Positions 31,155 through 40,052 of a stretch of DNA of 64,000 nt are shown here, one piece after another. The stretch spans positions 6,976,001-7,040,000 of the forward strand of contig OZ245006.1 of assembly GCA_965223545.1 (NCBI GenBank), given 5' to 3'. Under the pieces are notes generated by a model. That model was given only the letters and a program-made list of their open reading frames with translations. It was not told where the DNA came from and did no database searches. This DNA is from Planctomycetota bacterium (GTDB lineage Bacteria; Planctomycetota; UBA1135; UBA2386). The translations under genes and the position numbers were made by a program. Position 1 is the stretch's first letter; the number at the start of each line of letters is the position of its first letter.

Positions 31155-32650
31155 GAGCTGAGTCCGTACTCGCGCTTGAGGGTTTCGAGCTGCCCGAACC
31201 CGTCGCGCATCAGGTCGACGAAGTGGGCCTTGTAGAACTCGAGGGTGTCGCGGTCGAGCAGCGCCGAGCGGCTGCGGGTGCGCAGCTGGCCGTCGACGTC
31301 GAGCTCGTAGTCGCCGAAGTCGTCGGCCTCGCGGCCGACCTCGGCCTCGATGGTGCCGAGGTAGGGCGAGTAGAACGCCACCGTGACGTTGTCTGGATCG
31401 AGCTGTCGATTGAGGTCGATGGTCTCGTGCACCATCTCCTCGGTCTCGTGCGGCAGCCCGATGATGTTGTAGGTGGTCCGCTTGATGCCGAGCGCGCGCA
31501 GGCGGGCGAAGTTCTCGCGCAGCTTCTCGGTCTGTGCGAAGCGCCGCAGGCGGTCCTCGCGGAACGACTCGCTGGCCAGCTCGAGGCCGGTGCCGACGCC
31601 GTCGACGCGCAGCCGCGGCAACAGCTCGAAGTCGCGCTCGCTCATGCGGTCGACGCGCGTCTCGATGTACAGGCGCAGGTCGAGGTCCGCCGCGTCCAGC
31701 CGGTCGGCGAGTTCCAGCAGCGTCGGCCGGTGGATGGTGAGGAAGTTGGTGTCCTGGCAGCGCACCAGCCGGACCCCGTGCTCGTCGTGCAGGGCCTGCA
31801 GCTCGGCGATGATCCGCGCGGCGCTCTTGTGCCTCAGGTAGCCCTTCGCATCGCGCAGCGCGCCCGAGGTCGTGCTGGCCTCGGTGAAGCCGTAGTGGCG
31901 CTGGACCACGGTCTCCACGCAGTAGGTGCAGGTGAACATGCAGCCGCGCGACAGCTCGTAGTCGGCGGCGCGGACGACGTCGCCGTTGTAGGGCCGCCAG
32001 AACACCTGCGGGTCGAACACGGAGTAGTCGTAGGCGCCGATCGAGTCGAGGTCGCGAATCAGGGGCTGCCGCGGTCCGCGGAGGATGCTGCCGCCAGGTG
32101 CGCGCACGGCGGTGCCCTCGATCTCGGCCAGGCGGTCGCGCGCGCCAGCGGCGACCGCCGAGGCCACGCGCGGCAGCACCAGGTCGGACTCGCCGGTGAT
32201 CAACGCGTCGAGCCCGGCAAAGCGATCGAGGACCAGTTCCGGCGCGGCCGTGGCCTGCAGGCCGCCGGCGACGTGCAGTGCCGTCGAGCGCACCCGCTGC
32301 ATCAGCTCGTGGCCGTGCTGGATGTTGACGTACTCGCCCTCGCCGTGGATGTGCGAGGACAACGCCGCCCAGAACACGACGTCGGGCGCGAACGCGTCGA
32401 TCGCCCCCTGCAGCGCCTCGCCGACCGGAGTGTCCGACCAGACGATGAAGCGCTCGTAGTCGGTCGGCCGGTACTGCTTGTTCAGCGTGTTGTAGCGGTT
32501 CTCGTCCTGCGACCAGTCGCGGTAGAACGTCGCGTCGAACAGCCGCACCTCGTGCCCGGCGTCGCGCAGGGCGGCCGCATGGGCGGGGATCCAGATCGAG
32601 GTGATGCCGCGGCCCCAGCGGTTGGGTTGAAGCAGCAGAACTCTGGCCAA
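31124..32650 (-). CDS. Cobalamin-binding radical SAM protein
   Basis: SRGCMFTCTYC, N-terminal B12-binding-like domain, IIGLPHET. Confidence 0.88.
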   Translation of the reverse strand: MARVLLLQPNRWGRGITSIWIPAHAAALRDAGHEVRLFDATFYRDWSQDENRYNTLNKQYRPTDYERFIVWSDTPVGEALQGAIDAFAPDVVFWAALSSHIHGEGEYVNIQHGHELMQRVRSTALHVAGGLQATAAPELVLDRFAGLDALITGESDLVLPRVASAVAAGARDRLAEIEGTAVRAPGGSILRGPRQPLIRDLDSIGAYDYSVFDPQVFWRPYNGDVVRAADYELSRGCMFTCTYCVETVVQRHYGFTEASTTSGALRDAKGYLRHKSAARIIAELQALHDEHGVRLVRCQDTNFLTIHRPTLLELADRLDAADLDLRLYIETRVDRMSERDFELLPRLRVDGVGTGLELASESFREDRLRRFAQTEKLRENFARLRALGIKRTTYNIIGLPHETEEMVHETIDLNRQLDPDNVTVAFYSPYLGTIEAEVGREADDFGDYELDVDGQLRTRSRSALLDRDTLEFYKAHFVDLMRDGFGQLETLKREYGLSSCPSSSAAGR

Positions 32651-32766
32651 GGTCGGTGTCCCGTCGGGGGGGGAAGGCCACCGGCGAGCGGTGGTTCACT
32701 CCATGCCATCGGCAGTCGACGCGATCGCGCTTGAGAGGCAATCCCGCGCGGCGCGGGTCCGCGCCG

Positions 32767-33948
32767 TCAGCAGCGTTGGCCCGCGAGCGCGGCCAACAGC
32801 CGCAGCTGGTCCCTGGCGACGGAGTCGGGATCGGCGTGCGCTTGCAGCCATGCGCGTCCGGCCGTGCCTTGCTCGGCGGCCGCGGTCGGATCGCGCAGCA
32901 GGGACAGCGTGTGTGCGGCCAACCCGGCCTCGTCCTCGGCCACCAGCACGGGGGCGCCGTCGAGTCCGCGTTTGCCGAGGGCGTTGCAGACCACCGGCAG
33001 GCCGTGCGCCATCGCGGTCATCACCTTGATGCGGACGCCGCCGCCGGTGAACACCGGTGCAAGCAGCAGGCGGGCGTCTGCCAGCAGCTCGGTGAGCACC
33101 GGGCTGGGACCGCGGACGTGGACGCCGGCGCCGAGATCCTCGCCCAGGCGCTCGGGGGCACGCGTGCCGCAGATGTGGAGCTCGGCGTCGGGCATCCCGG
33201 ATCGCACGCGCGGCCAGACGCGGGTCGCGACGAAGCGCGCCGCGACCGCGTTCGGTGGGTGCACGAAGTGGCCGAGAAACACGGCCCGCGGCGGGGTGTC
33301 CGCTGGCCGCAGCGGGGTCGCCGGAATCGGCACGGCGGGCGGGCGCACGGCGACGGGTTGGCCGATGCGCGCTTGGATCGAGGCGGCGTCCACCTGGTTC
33401 AGCGCCTGCACGGCGGAGGCTGCTGGGTAGAGCCCCTCGACGAACGCCGCCCACAGCCGCGCGTCGCGGGCCCTGCCGATGCCGAGCGGCGCCGCCGCTG
33501 CCGGTTCGGGTGCACCGTCTTCGTGGTCGGTGAACAGGGTCGGCGTGCCGCAGAGGAACGGCAGGTACTGGGCCATCGGCGCGAACTCGACCAGAGCCCC
33601 GTCGATCTCACCGGCGGTCGCCGCGCGCCGCAAGGTGGAGGCGAGATCGGGAGACCACAGCTTGGCGGCGAGCAGCGGCGTGTGCCGCCAGAGCCGCAGC
33701 ATCTGCCACCGGTGCCGGGCCCGCGACCAGCCGCGCAGCTCGTGGGTGTGGCGGTGGGGGATCACCACGTGCCGGGCGCCGGGGCACTGGACGTTGCCGT
33801 GATCCTCGGGTGAGCGCAGCGCGTAGACGGTGACTGCGGCCTGCTCGGCGAGGGCGCGGACCAGTGTTCCCAACAGGACCCCGCCGCCGTGCGGCGCGTC
33901 GGGGTGCGGAGCAAAGGGAGTGACGACGGCGACCCGCACGCCGGCCAA
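32767..33948 (-). CDS. Glycosyltransferase family 4
   Basis: FLGHFVHPPN, GGGVRIKVMTAMAHGLPVV. Confidence 0.85.
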   Translation of the reverse strand: MAGVRVAVVTPFAPHPDAPHGGGVLLGTLVRALAEQAAVTVYALRSPEDHGNVQCPGARHVVIPHRHTHELRGWSRARHRWQMLRLWRHTPLLAAKLWSPDLASTLRRAATAGEIDGALVEFAPMAQYLPFLCGTPTLFTDHEDGAPEPAAAAPLGIGRARDARLWAAFVEGLYPAASAVQALNQVDAASIQARIGQPVAVRPPAVPIPATPLRPADTPPRAVFLGHFVHPPNAVAARFVATRVWPRVRSGMPDAELHICGTRAPERLGEDLGAGVHVRGPSPVLTELLADARLLLAPVFTGGGVRIKVMTAMAHGLPVVCNALGKRGLDGAPVLVAEDEAGLAAHTLSLLRDPTAAAEQGTAGRAWLQAHADPDSVARDQLRLLAALAGQRC

Positions 33949-34014
33949 GGGTACGAGCTGACCGGTGGAAGCGGTGGGGCGATCGGCGCGCTTTTCTCGC
34001 GCTGCCCGCGGGCG

Positions 34015-34425
34015 TCAGGTGGCGCGCTTGGCGGCCACCGAGCGCTCGATCAAGGTGTCCAGCACGTCGAGATCGATGTCCGCGAGCGAGCGCACGTAGA
34101 GGCAGGCCTTGCCGGTCTTGAACTTGCCGAGCCGCTTCAGCAGCGTGGCGTGCTCGCGAAAGCCGTCCATGATGTACAGGGTCAGGGCCTGCTTGCGCGG
34201 GGAGAACCCGGTCAAGAACCAGGTCCCCTCCCGGCCGCTGGCGTAGCGGTAGTCGCAGCTGCCGAAGCCGACGATCGCGGCACCCCACATCGCCGGTTTG
34301 GCGCCCGTGGCGGCGCGCATCATCTTGGCGACCGTCTTGCAGTCGCGGCGGCGGTCCGGGTCCTCGATCCCGTTGAGGAACGCCTGCACGCTGGCGGTGG
34401 TCTTGGTGGTCTTGAGTTCGGCCAT
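34015..34425 (-). CDS. DUF1801 (YdhG-like) protein
   Basis: MWGAAIVGFG..Y.YASGREG.W..GFSPRK..LGKFKTGKACLY. Confidence 0.85.
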   Translation of the reverse strand: MAELKTTKTTASVQAFLNGIEDPDRRRDCKTVAKMMRAATGAKPAMWGAAIVGFGSCDYRYASGREGTWFLTGFSPRKQALTLYIMDGFREHATLLKRLGKFKTGKACLYVRSLADIDLDVLDTLIERSVAAKRAT

Positions 34426-34800
34426 GCGCTCAGAGCATACGCGCGGCCCCGGCCGGGTGGCTGGCCCGCCGATCGCTGTCGGCGCTCCGAGGTCGCGCGA
34501 GTGCGGGCAAGTCCGGGGGCCTTTCCGCCCCGAGATTCTGTCGGGGGCAACGCCTTGTCTCCGCCATGCGATCGCCGCAACTGGTACCTCAAAAGCCGCT
34601 TATGGCGTTGCCTCTCGGCGTGGGGCAGGCCGGTCGGCGCTGGCGCCGGCGCCGGGGTTTTGCCATAATGCCGCGCGCAACCGCCCCGGTGCCCGGCGGG
34701 CGTCCTCCTCCTGAGCCGCACCCCTGCGAACAATTGCCCGGGCTATTTTCCTCAAATCGATAAAACGCGGCCGCCGGCTCGCACCCGGCCCGGCAATCCC

Positions 34801-36414
34801 ATGGATCAGACTCTGAAGGCGCTCGTTCGGTACTTGGAGGAGGGAAAACCCGAGCTGAAGATCGCGGCGACCCAAGTGCTGGGGGAACTGGCGCCGAAGG
34901 ACGCGGCGGTCGCCAAGGCGCTGGCGGAGCGCCTGTCGCGCGAGGAGTCGTTCTTGACTCCGTTCGTGTTGGAGGCCCTGGGGCGGATCCACACGCCGGA
35001 ATCGGTCGCGGTGTTGGTCGAGCGGTTGCACGTCGGCGGCACCGTCGCCGAGCGCGTGACCCACTTGTTGACCCACATGGGCGGCGGCGTGGTCAAGGCG
35101 TTGGCACCGATGTTCGACGGGGCGGACGCCGAGCTGCGTGACCGAATCCTCAGCATCGTCGGCGGGCAGCGCGACAAGGACGCGGTGCAGTTCTTGCTGA
35201 AGGCGCTGCTGCACCACGATCCGGCGATCTCGGAGAAGGCCCGCGAGGTGATGGCGGTGCAGGTCGACGAGTTCGGCGAGAAGGAGCGCGCCGCGGTCAA
35301 GTCCGGCCTGGACAAGGCGCTCGCCGCCAACAAGGTGTCGTCGCTGACCCCGGTCGCGATCGCCGACGCGGTCGGCGTGTTGGGGCGGCTGGATGCCGCC
35401 GGTAGCCGCGCGACGCTGCTGCGGTTCGCCACGCCGAAGCACGAGGGTATCGTCCGCCAGGCCGCGCTGCGGGCACTGGAGGACGTTGCGCTGACCCCGG
35501 CGCAAGCGGCCACGGTGGTGTCGTACGTGAAGGAGGACGACATGACCCACGTCGTGCGGCCGGCGATGCAGGTGCTCGATGGCCGCACCGAGTGGAACGC
35601 GTCGGCTGGCGACACGCTCGGTCGCCTGCTCGACAGCGATAGCGAGGAGCGCGCACTGTTCGCTCTGCGTGCGCTGCGCGGGCGGCGCACCGAGGCGATG
35701 GCCAACCACTGCCTCAAGTTCTTGTTCGACGACGAGGCCGAGTTCCAGCGCGCTGCGGCCGAGGCCCTGGCCGCCAACTCCGCCGCGCTGAAGCCGCTGC
35801 TGAAGGCGCTGCAGGGTGAGCGCAGCGTCGACCGAGCGCGCCTGCTGAGCAGGCCGCTCGCCGCGCTGGCGGCCAAGCTGACCGCGGCGCAGCTGAAGAG
35901 CTTGATCGAGAAGACGGCCAAGCTGGTCACTGCCGGCGAGCCGATGGGCGACGTCTACCTGAGTGTCGTTGCCGCGGCACCGGACGGGCCCGGGCAGCTG
36001 GTCGACAAGGCGGTGCGGCTGCGGCGCGCGCGGCGCGTCGACGAGGCCCTCACCCTGATGATTCGGTTGGCGCAGCTCGACCGATTGCCGGACGAGGGGC
36101 GCTACCAAATCGGAGTGGCGCGGTTGATGGCCGATGCCGCGGAGAGCCGGCCCGCCGAGCGCAAGGAAGCCGGCGATGCGACGATGGGCTACTTCGCCCA
36201 CCTGATCCGGGCCGACTTTCCGCTGTTCGAGCGCCTGAAGAAAGAGGGGCAGCTGCGGCCGGAGGATCTCCTCCGGGTGGGACGGCACTTCGCCGAAGGC
36301 GTCGCTCAAGAGCGGCGCGTGGGCGGCCAGCTGCTGCACCTCGTGGCGCAAAAGCACGGCAAGCAGCGCGTCGGCGAGGAGGCCAAACTGATGCTGCGCA
36401 CCGAAGGGCTCTGA
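34801..36414 (+). CDS. HEAT-repeat protein
   Basis: Repeated helical units (AATQVLGEL, LEALGRI, RQAALRAL, AAAEALA). Confidence 0.8.
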   Translation: MDQTLKALVRYLEEGKPELKIAATQVLGELAPKDAAVAKALAERLSREESFLTPFVLEALGRIHTPESVAVLVERLHVGGTVAERVTHLLTHMGGGVVKALAPMFDGADAELRDRILSIVGGQRDKDAVQFLLKALLHHDPAISEKAREVMAVQVDEFGEKERAAVKSGLDKALAANKVSSLTPVAIADAVGVLGRLDAAGSRATLLRFATPKHEGIVRQAALRALEDVALTPAQAATVVSYVKEDDMTHVVRPAMQVLDGRTEWNASAGDTLGRLLDSDSEERALFALRALRGRRTEAMANHCLKFLFDDEAEFQRAAAEALAANSAALKPLLKALQGERSVDRARLLSRPLAALAAKLTAAQLKSLIEKTAKLVTAGEPMGDVYLSVVAAAPDGPGQLVDKAVRLRRARRVDEALTLMIRLAQLDRLPDEGRYQIGVARLMADAAESRPAERKEAGDATMGYFAHLIRADFPLFERLKKEGQLRPEDLLRVGRHFAEGVAQERRVGGQLLHLVAQKHGKQRVGEEAKLMLRTEGL

Positions 36415-37192
36415 GCCTCCGGGTCCGCAAATCTTCGCGCGGCGAAAACCTTTCGGAAGGCTCGATGCCGCTGGAACTTCGACAACGCGGCTCCCGGAGG
36501 CTCGAAGACAACACTGGCCTCTGGGCTCAGCGCGGCCGCCGGCGACCGCCGGACCCGCGGCCGATGCTCGGGTCGCGGAATACTCCGTTCTTGGTTGCGG
36601 CCTCGGCCGCGCTGAGCCTCCGGCGCCTCGAATCTTCGAGCTTCGACAACATTTTCGAGGCGACGTCGCTGCCATGGCAACGTCGCCGCGGCGCCGGAGG
36701 CTCGGAGAGACAGTGCCTCCTGGCTCAGCGCGGCGGCGGATGTGTCAGGCCTTCCAAGCTGCTCCGGAAAAAGCGGCATCCGAGTCTGGTTGCGGCCGTG
36801 GCCGCGCTGAGCCTCAGGGTCCACAAATCTTCGCGCGGCGACAACCTTTCCGAAGGCTCGATGCCGCTGGAACTTCGACAACGCAGCTCCCGGAGGCTCG
36901 AAGACAACACTGGCGTCTGCGCTCAGCGCGGCCGGCCGGCAAAGTGGGAATCGCGGGCACTGCTACTGTCGCGGTGACACTCCGTCTTTGGTTGCAGCCC
37001 TGGCCGCGCTGAGCGTCCGGGGCCGAGAATCTTCGCGCGGCGACAACCTTTCCGAAGGCCGGTCGTCGTCAGGACTTCGATACTGCAACTCCCGGACGCT
37101 CGAAAGCAACACTGGCGTCTGCGCTCAGCGCGGCCGGCCGGCAAAGTGGGAATCGCGGGCACTGCTACTGTCGCGGTGACACTCCGTCTTTG
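36411..37192. repeat. Tandem array of four ~200-bp structured repeats; the start of a fifth lies beyond the IS at 39133-39167
   Basis: CTGAGC anchors at 36411, 36612, 36807, 37009 and 39151; 36905-36990 is identical to 37107-37192; internal inverted repeats in every unit. Confidence 0.92.
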
Positions 37193-37255
37193 ATATCTCC
37201 TAAGTCATGTCAAGGGGTTTTCGCTGGGGCTCGACATCGCGTGTGCACGGCTTGT

Positions 37256-38758
37256 TCAGGACTCTTCCACAAGACCAGGGAAGTGTTCTTGCATGAGATC
37301 ACCGATCGGGTGAGGTTGACGTGGGGATTCCACGGCCAGGCCTGTGGCGTCCATTGGGCGGCCACTCAAGTCCCTCGTCGTCGGAGTCCCCACTCGTCCC
37401 TGTCGCCGTTGGTCGCGCTCATGCCGCTGTGGCGCGACGATGCTGCGCGTGAACTTGGCTGCGATGAGCGCGCGCGCGGCAACCTTCGTGAGCTCGTTGC
37501 CGTCGGCGTCTCGCAGGACGTAGCGGACTTGCGTCGACGCCGGCTTGTCATCGGCGCGCTGGCTGTCGCGACGCTTCAGGAGGGCGTAGACGCGGCGCGC
37601 CATCTTGCCAGCCAATGCGATGAGGATGAGGTTGTGGTGATCACCTGCGGCGTAGCGGCGAGCGTAGTACGCCGCGAAATCCGGATCCCACTGGCGAGCG
37701 ACGTCAGCTGCTAGGTAGAGGTACTTCTTGAGTACTCGTTGGCCGGTTTTGGTGATTGGCATCGAGGGGTCGCTCATGCCCGTCTGCTTCCGGCGTGGAC
37801 ACAGTCCGCAGTAGCTCACGAACTTCTTGCCGTTCGAGAACCGCGCGATGTCGCCTACCAAGGCTTCGATGGCCGCAGCGATCGTGGGACCGACGCCGCG
37901 CAGTTGCTCGAGTGTTCGGTCAGGATCGACGCCCAGGTAGAGCTTCTTGATCTTTGCGTCGAGCTTGCGAACGTCCGTGTTCTTGCGCTCGATCTCATCC
38001 AGCTCGTACACCACATCCTCTTGGATGGCCTCGTAGTCGAACGGCATCTGCCCCGCAGCTCGCAGCTCAGCGTAGTACTCGGCGGCCTGTCGGCAGGACT
38101 CGAGCACGCGGTCGACCAAGCACGGGTCATGCGTTCCCTTGGATCGCTTCGTCAAGAAGCGCTCCAAGCGACTCTTCCCAAGGCCGACCGCTTTCACCGG
38201 ATCGACGTAGCGCCGCAGAAACCCCATCTTAGCGGCACTGAACTTCTCTGCCCCCAAGGCCTTCATGAGGCTGGGATTCGCCAGTACCAGTATCGCGTGC
38301 ACACGACGCTTGTGGTCGCTGAGCTCGCGCGCCAACCGCTCACGCCGCTTCACGAGTCGACGGATCGTCGTCTCGTCGGCAGTTGGAACACGCAGCTGGT
38401 GGACGCCCTTTGGATCCATCTGCGGCAGACGCGCAGCGGCCTCGGCGTCTACTACGTCGGTTTTGGTGTGCTTGCTATAGAACTTCCGCAGGTCGCTCAG
38501 CTTCTGTGGTTTGCTCACGTAGATCTGGAACCCTGCGGCGTTCACGTGCGCCGCGATGGGCAGCCACGCCAACCCCGTTGGTTCCATCACGAAGCTCACC
38601 GGACCCTCGGCACCTTCCTGTGCACGGCGCAGCAGAAGGTCAATACCCTCACGGCTGTTCTCGACTGAAAACGGTCTGCCCCGAGACTTCGCACCATCCA
38701 GAACGACGGCTCGGTGCTTGCTCCTCAAGCCGAGATCCAATCCAACGAATCGATTCAT
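37256..38758 (-). CDS. IS110 family transposase/bridge recombinase (500 aa)
   Basis: DEDD motifs VGLDLG, MEPTG, KTDVVDA; LRGVGP..VGDIARF..SYCGLCP; RBS GGAGG. Confidence 0.95.
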   Translation of the reverse strand: MNRFVGLDLGLRSKHRAVVLDGAKSRGRPFSVENSREGIDLLLRRAQEGAEGPVSFVMEPTGLAWLPIAAHVNAAGFQIYVSKPQKLSDLRKFYSKHTKTDVVDAEAAARLPQMDPKGVHQLRVPTADETTIRRLVKRRERLARELSDHKRRVHAILVLANPSLMKALGAEKFSAAKMGFLRRYVDPVKAVGLGKSRLERFLTKRSKGTHDPCLVDRVLESCRQAAEYYAELRAAGQMPFDYEAIQEDVVYELDEIERKNTDVRKLDAKIKKLYLGVDPDRTLEQLRGVGPTIAAAIEALVGDIARFSNGKKFVSYCGLCPRRKQTGMSDPSMPITKTGQRVLKKYLYLAADVARQWDPDFAAYYARRYAAGDHHNLILIALAGKMARRVYALLKRRDSQRADDKPASTQVRYVLRDADGNELTKVAARALIAAKFTRSIVAPQRHERDQRRQGRVGTPTTRDLSGRPMDATGLAVESPRQPHPIGDLMQEHFPGLVEES

Positions 38759-38789
38759 GTCCCCTCCATGTTCAACGAGTGAGTGTCGA

Positions 38790-39105
38790 CGAGAGGACTC
38801 TCCCTACCCGCGCAGTCCGCCTGAGGAGGCGAGTCGCCAAAACGGTTCGTGTTTCGGGGCCGTGATTTCTCACGCCGCCAATCTCCTAAATCGGGTCCCC
38901 CACGCGGGAGGAGAGTCGCAGAACCAAATGAGGGGCCGCTCGAAGCGCCACCATTGCGGCAGATCGCGAAACCTCTCCGTCGCACGCCGGGGGACCCTAA
39001 GCTCTCTTGCGGCCGATGACCAGACTCCCGACACGACTCCTGCGGCTGCACCATCGCGCGAGTCTTCCACACCGCTACGGCGCGACGGGTGTGGAGAACT
39101 CTAGC
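38790..39105 (-). ncRNA. Putative bridge RNA in the IS110 upstream non-coding end
   Basis: 5' hairpin at 39060-39101; 9-bp stem 38893-38901/38989-38997; segments matching target and element ends. Boundaries approximate. Confidence 0.7.
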
Positions 39106-39192
39106 TTCGCAGATCATGGAACCACACATACCGTTGCGGCCCTGGCCGCGCTGAGCGTCCGGGGCCGCTCGCTCGCGAACGGCCCCCCTGCC

Positions 39193-39972
39193 TCACGCGA
39201 TTGCGGCTGCGGCTCCGGTGCGCACGGTTTGCGCTGCCAGCTGCGCGAACCCCGGCTGGCCCGGGCCGAGAAGGACGACCACGGTCGAGCCGAGTCCGAA
39301 TCGCCCGAGCTCGTCGCCGCGCACGACGTCTCCCGGCACCGCGCAGGTGCGCACCGTGTCCGACACGTTGAGGGCGGCGACCAGGACGACCGCTGCGGCG
39401 CGGCCGTCGGGCAGCCGGGCCTCGAGCACCAAGCGCTCGTTGCGGATGAACAGCTGGGGGATGCTGCGCACGGCGCCCGCATTCACCGGAAACAGGCCGC
39501 CGGGGACGTGGCGCTCGGCGACGATGCGGGCGTCGAACGGTGCGTGGATGCGGTGGTAGTCGCCCGGGGCGAGGTAGACCGTGGCCTGGGAGCCGCCGGC
39601 GAGCCGTTCGGCCAGCGCCGCGTCGGCGACCAGGTCGGCGACGGCGTAGTCGATCCCCTTGATCTGCTCGATGTGGCCCCCCTCGACCGGGCCGCAGGAC
39701 GCCAGCCGGCCGTCGGCGGGCCAGACCAGTGGAGTCGTGGCGATGGGCCGGGCACCGGCGCGCAGCGCCCGCTGGAAGAACGCGGCCAGCGATCGGTACT
39801 CCTCGGGCGGATGCTCGGCCTCCGCGAGCGCGGCGCCGTAGCGCCGGGCGAAGGCGCGGAACAGGGCGCCGCGCAGCCAACGCGGTAGCGGCAGGTTGGC
39901 GGCCACCCGCGTGGTGCGCGACAGCGCCACCTTCGGCAAGGCGGTGAGCAGCAGGCGGCGAAGGCGGGCCAC
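39193..39972 (-). CDS. psd: Phosphatidylserine decarboxylase proenzyme
   Basis: FFQRAL..RP, PADG, YLAPGDYHRIH, RNER, GLGSTVV cleavage motif. Confidence 0.92.
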   Translation of the reverse strand: MARLRRLLLTALPKVALSRTTRVAANLPLPRWLRGALFRAFARRYGAALAEAEHPPEEYRSLAAFFQRALRAGARPIATTPLVWPADGRLASCGPVEGGHIEQIKGIDYAVADLVADAALAERLAGGSQATVYLAPGDYHRIHAPFDARIVAERHVPGGLFPVNAGAVRSIPQLFIRNERLVLEARLPDGRAAAVVLVAALNVSDTVRTCAVPGDVVRGDELGRFGLGSTVVVLLGPGQPGFAQLAAQTVRTGAAAAIA

Positions 39973-40052
39973 CGCCGGAGCGTCGCGTGGGCGGTGGGGT
40001 GCGTCAAGCTTGGCGCTTGTGTGGGTGTGGCGCAGGCCGGAGAATCGAGAGC

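Larger units (their letters stand above)
37193..39132 (-). mobile_element. IS110-family insertion sequence (1940 bp)
   Basis: Interrupts the repeat motif TCCGTCTTTG|GTTGC (intact copy at 36981-36995); no target-site duplication or terminal inverted repeats. Confidence 0.92.

Noticed and set aside
36411..37135. Hammerhead or HDV-like ribozyme
   Set aside because: CTGAG is not followed by the CUGANGA core and I could not build an HDV pseudoknot by eye; not formally excluded.
36306..37179. ORFs within the repeat array
   Set aside because: They occur on both strands, the 202-bp spacing breaks frame, and substitutions preserve base pairing rather than codons.
36411..37192. CRISPR array
   Set aside because: Period is ~200 bp, units are homologous along their length without unique spacers, and there are no cas genes.
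39007..39014. Second target-like match GGCCGCAA as the left target guide
   Set aside because: It lies outside the stem enclosing the right target guide; the 38954-38960 copy fits the loop geometry better.
37183..39142. Target-site duplication or terminal inverted repeats of the IS
   Set aside because: Comparison with the intact repeat shows none, as expected for IS110.
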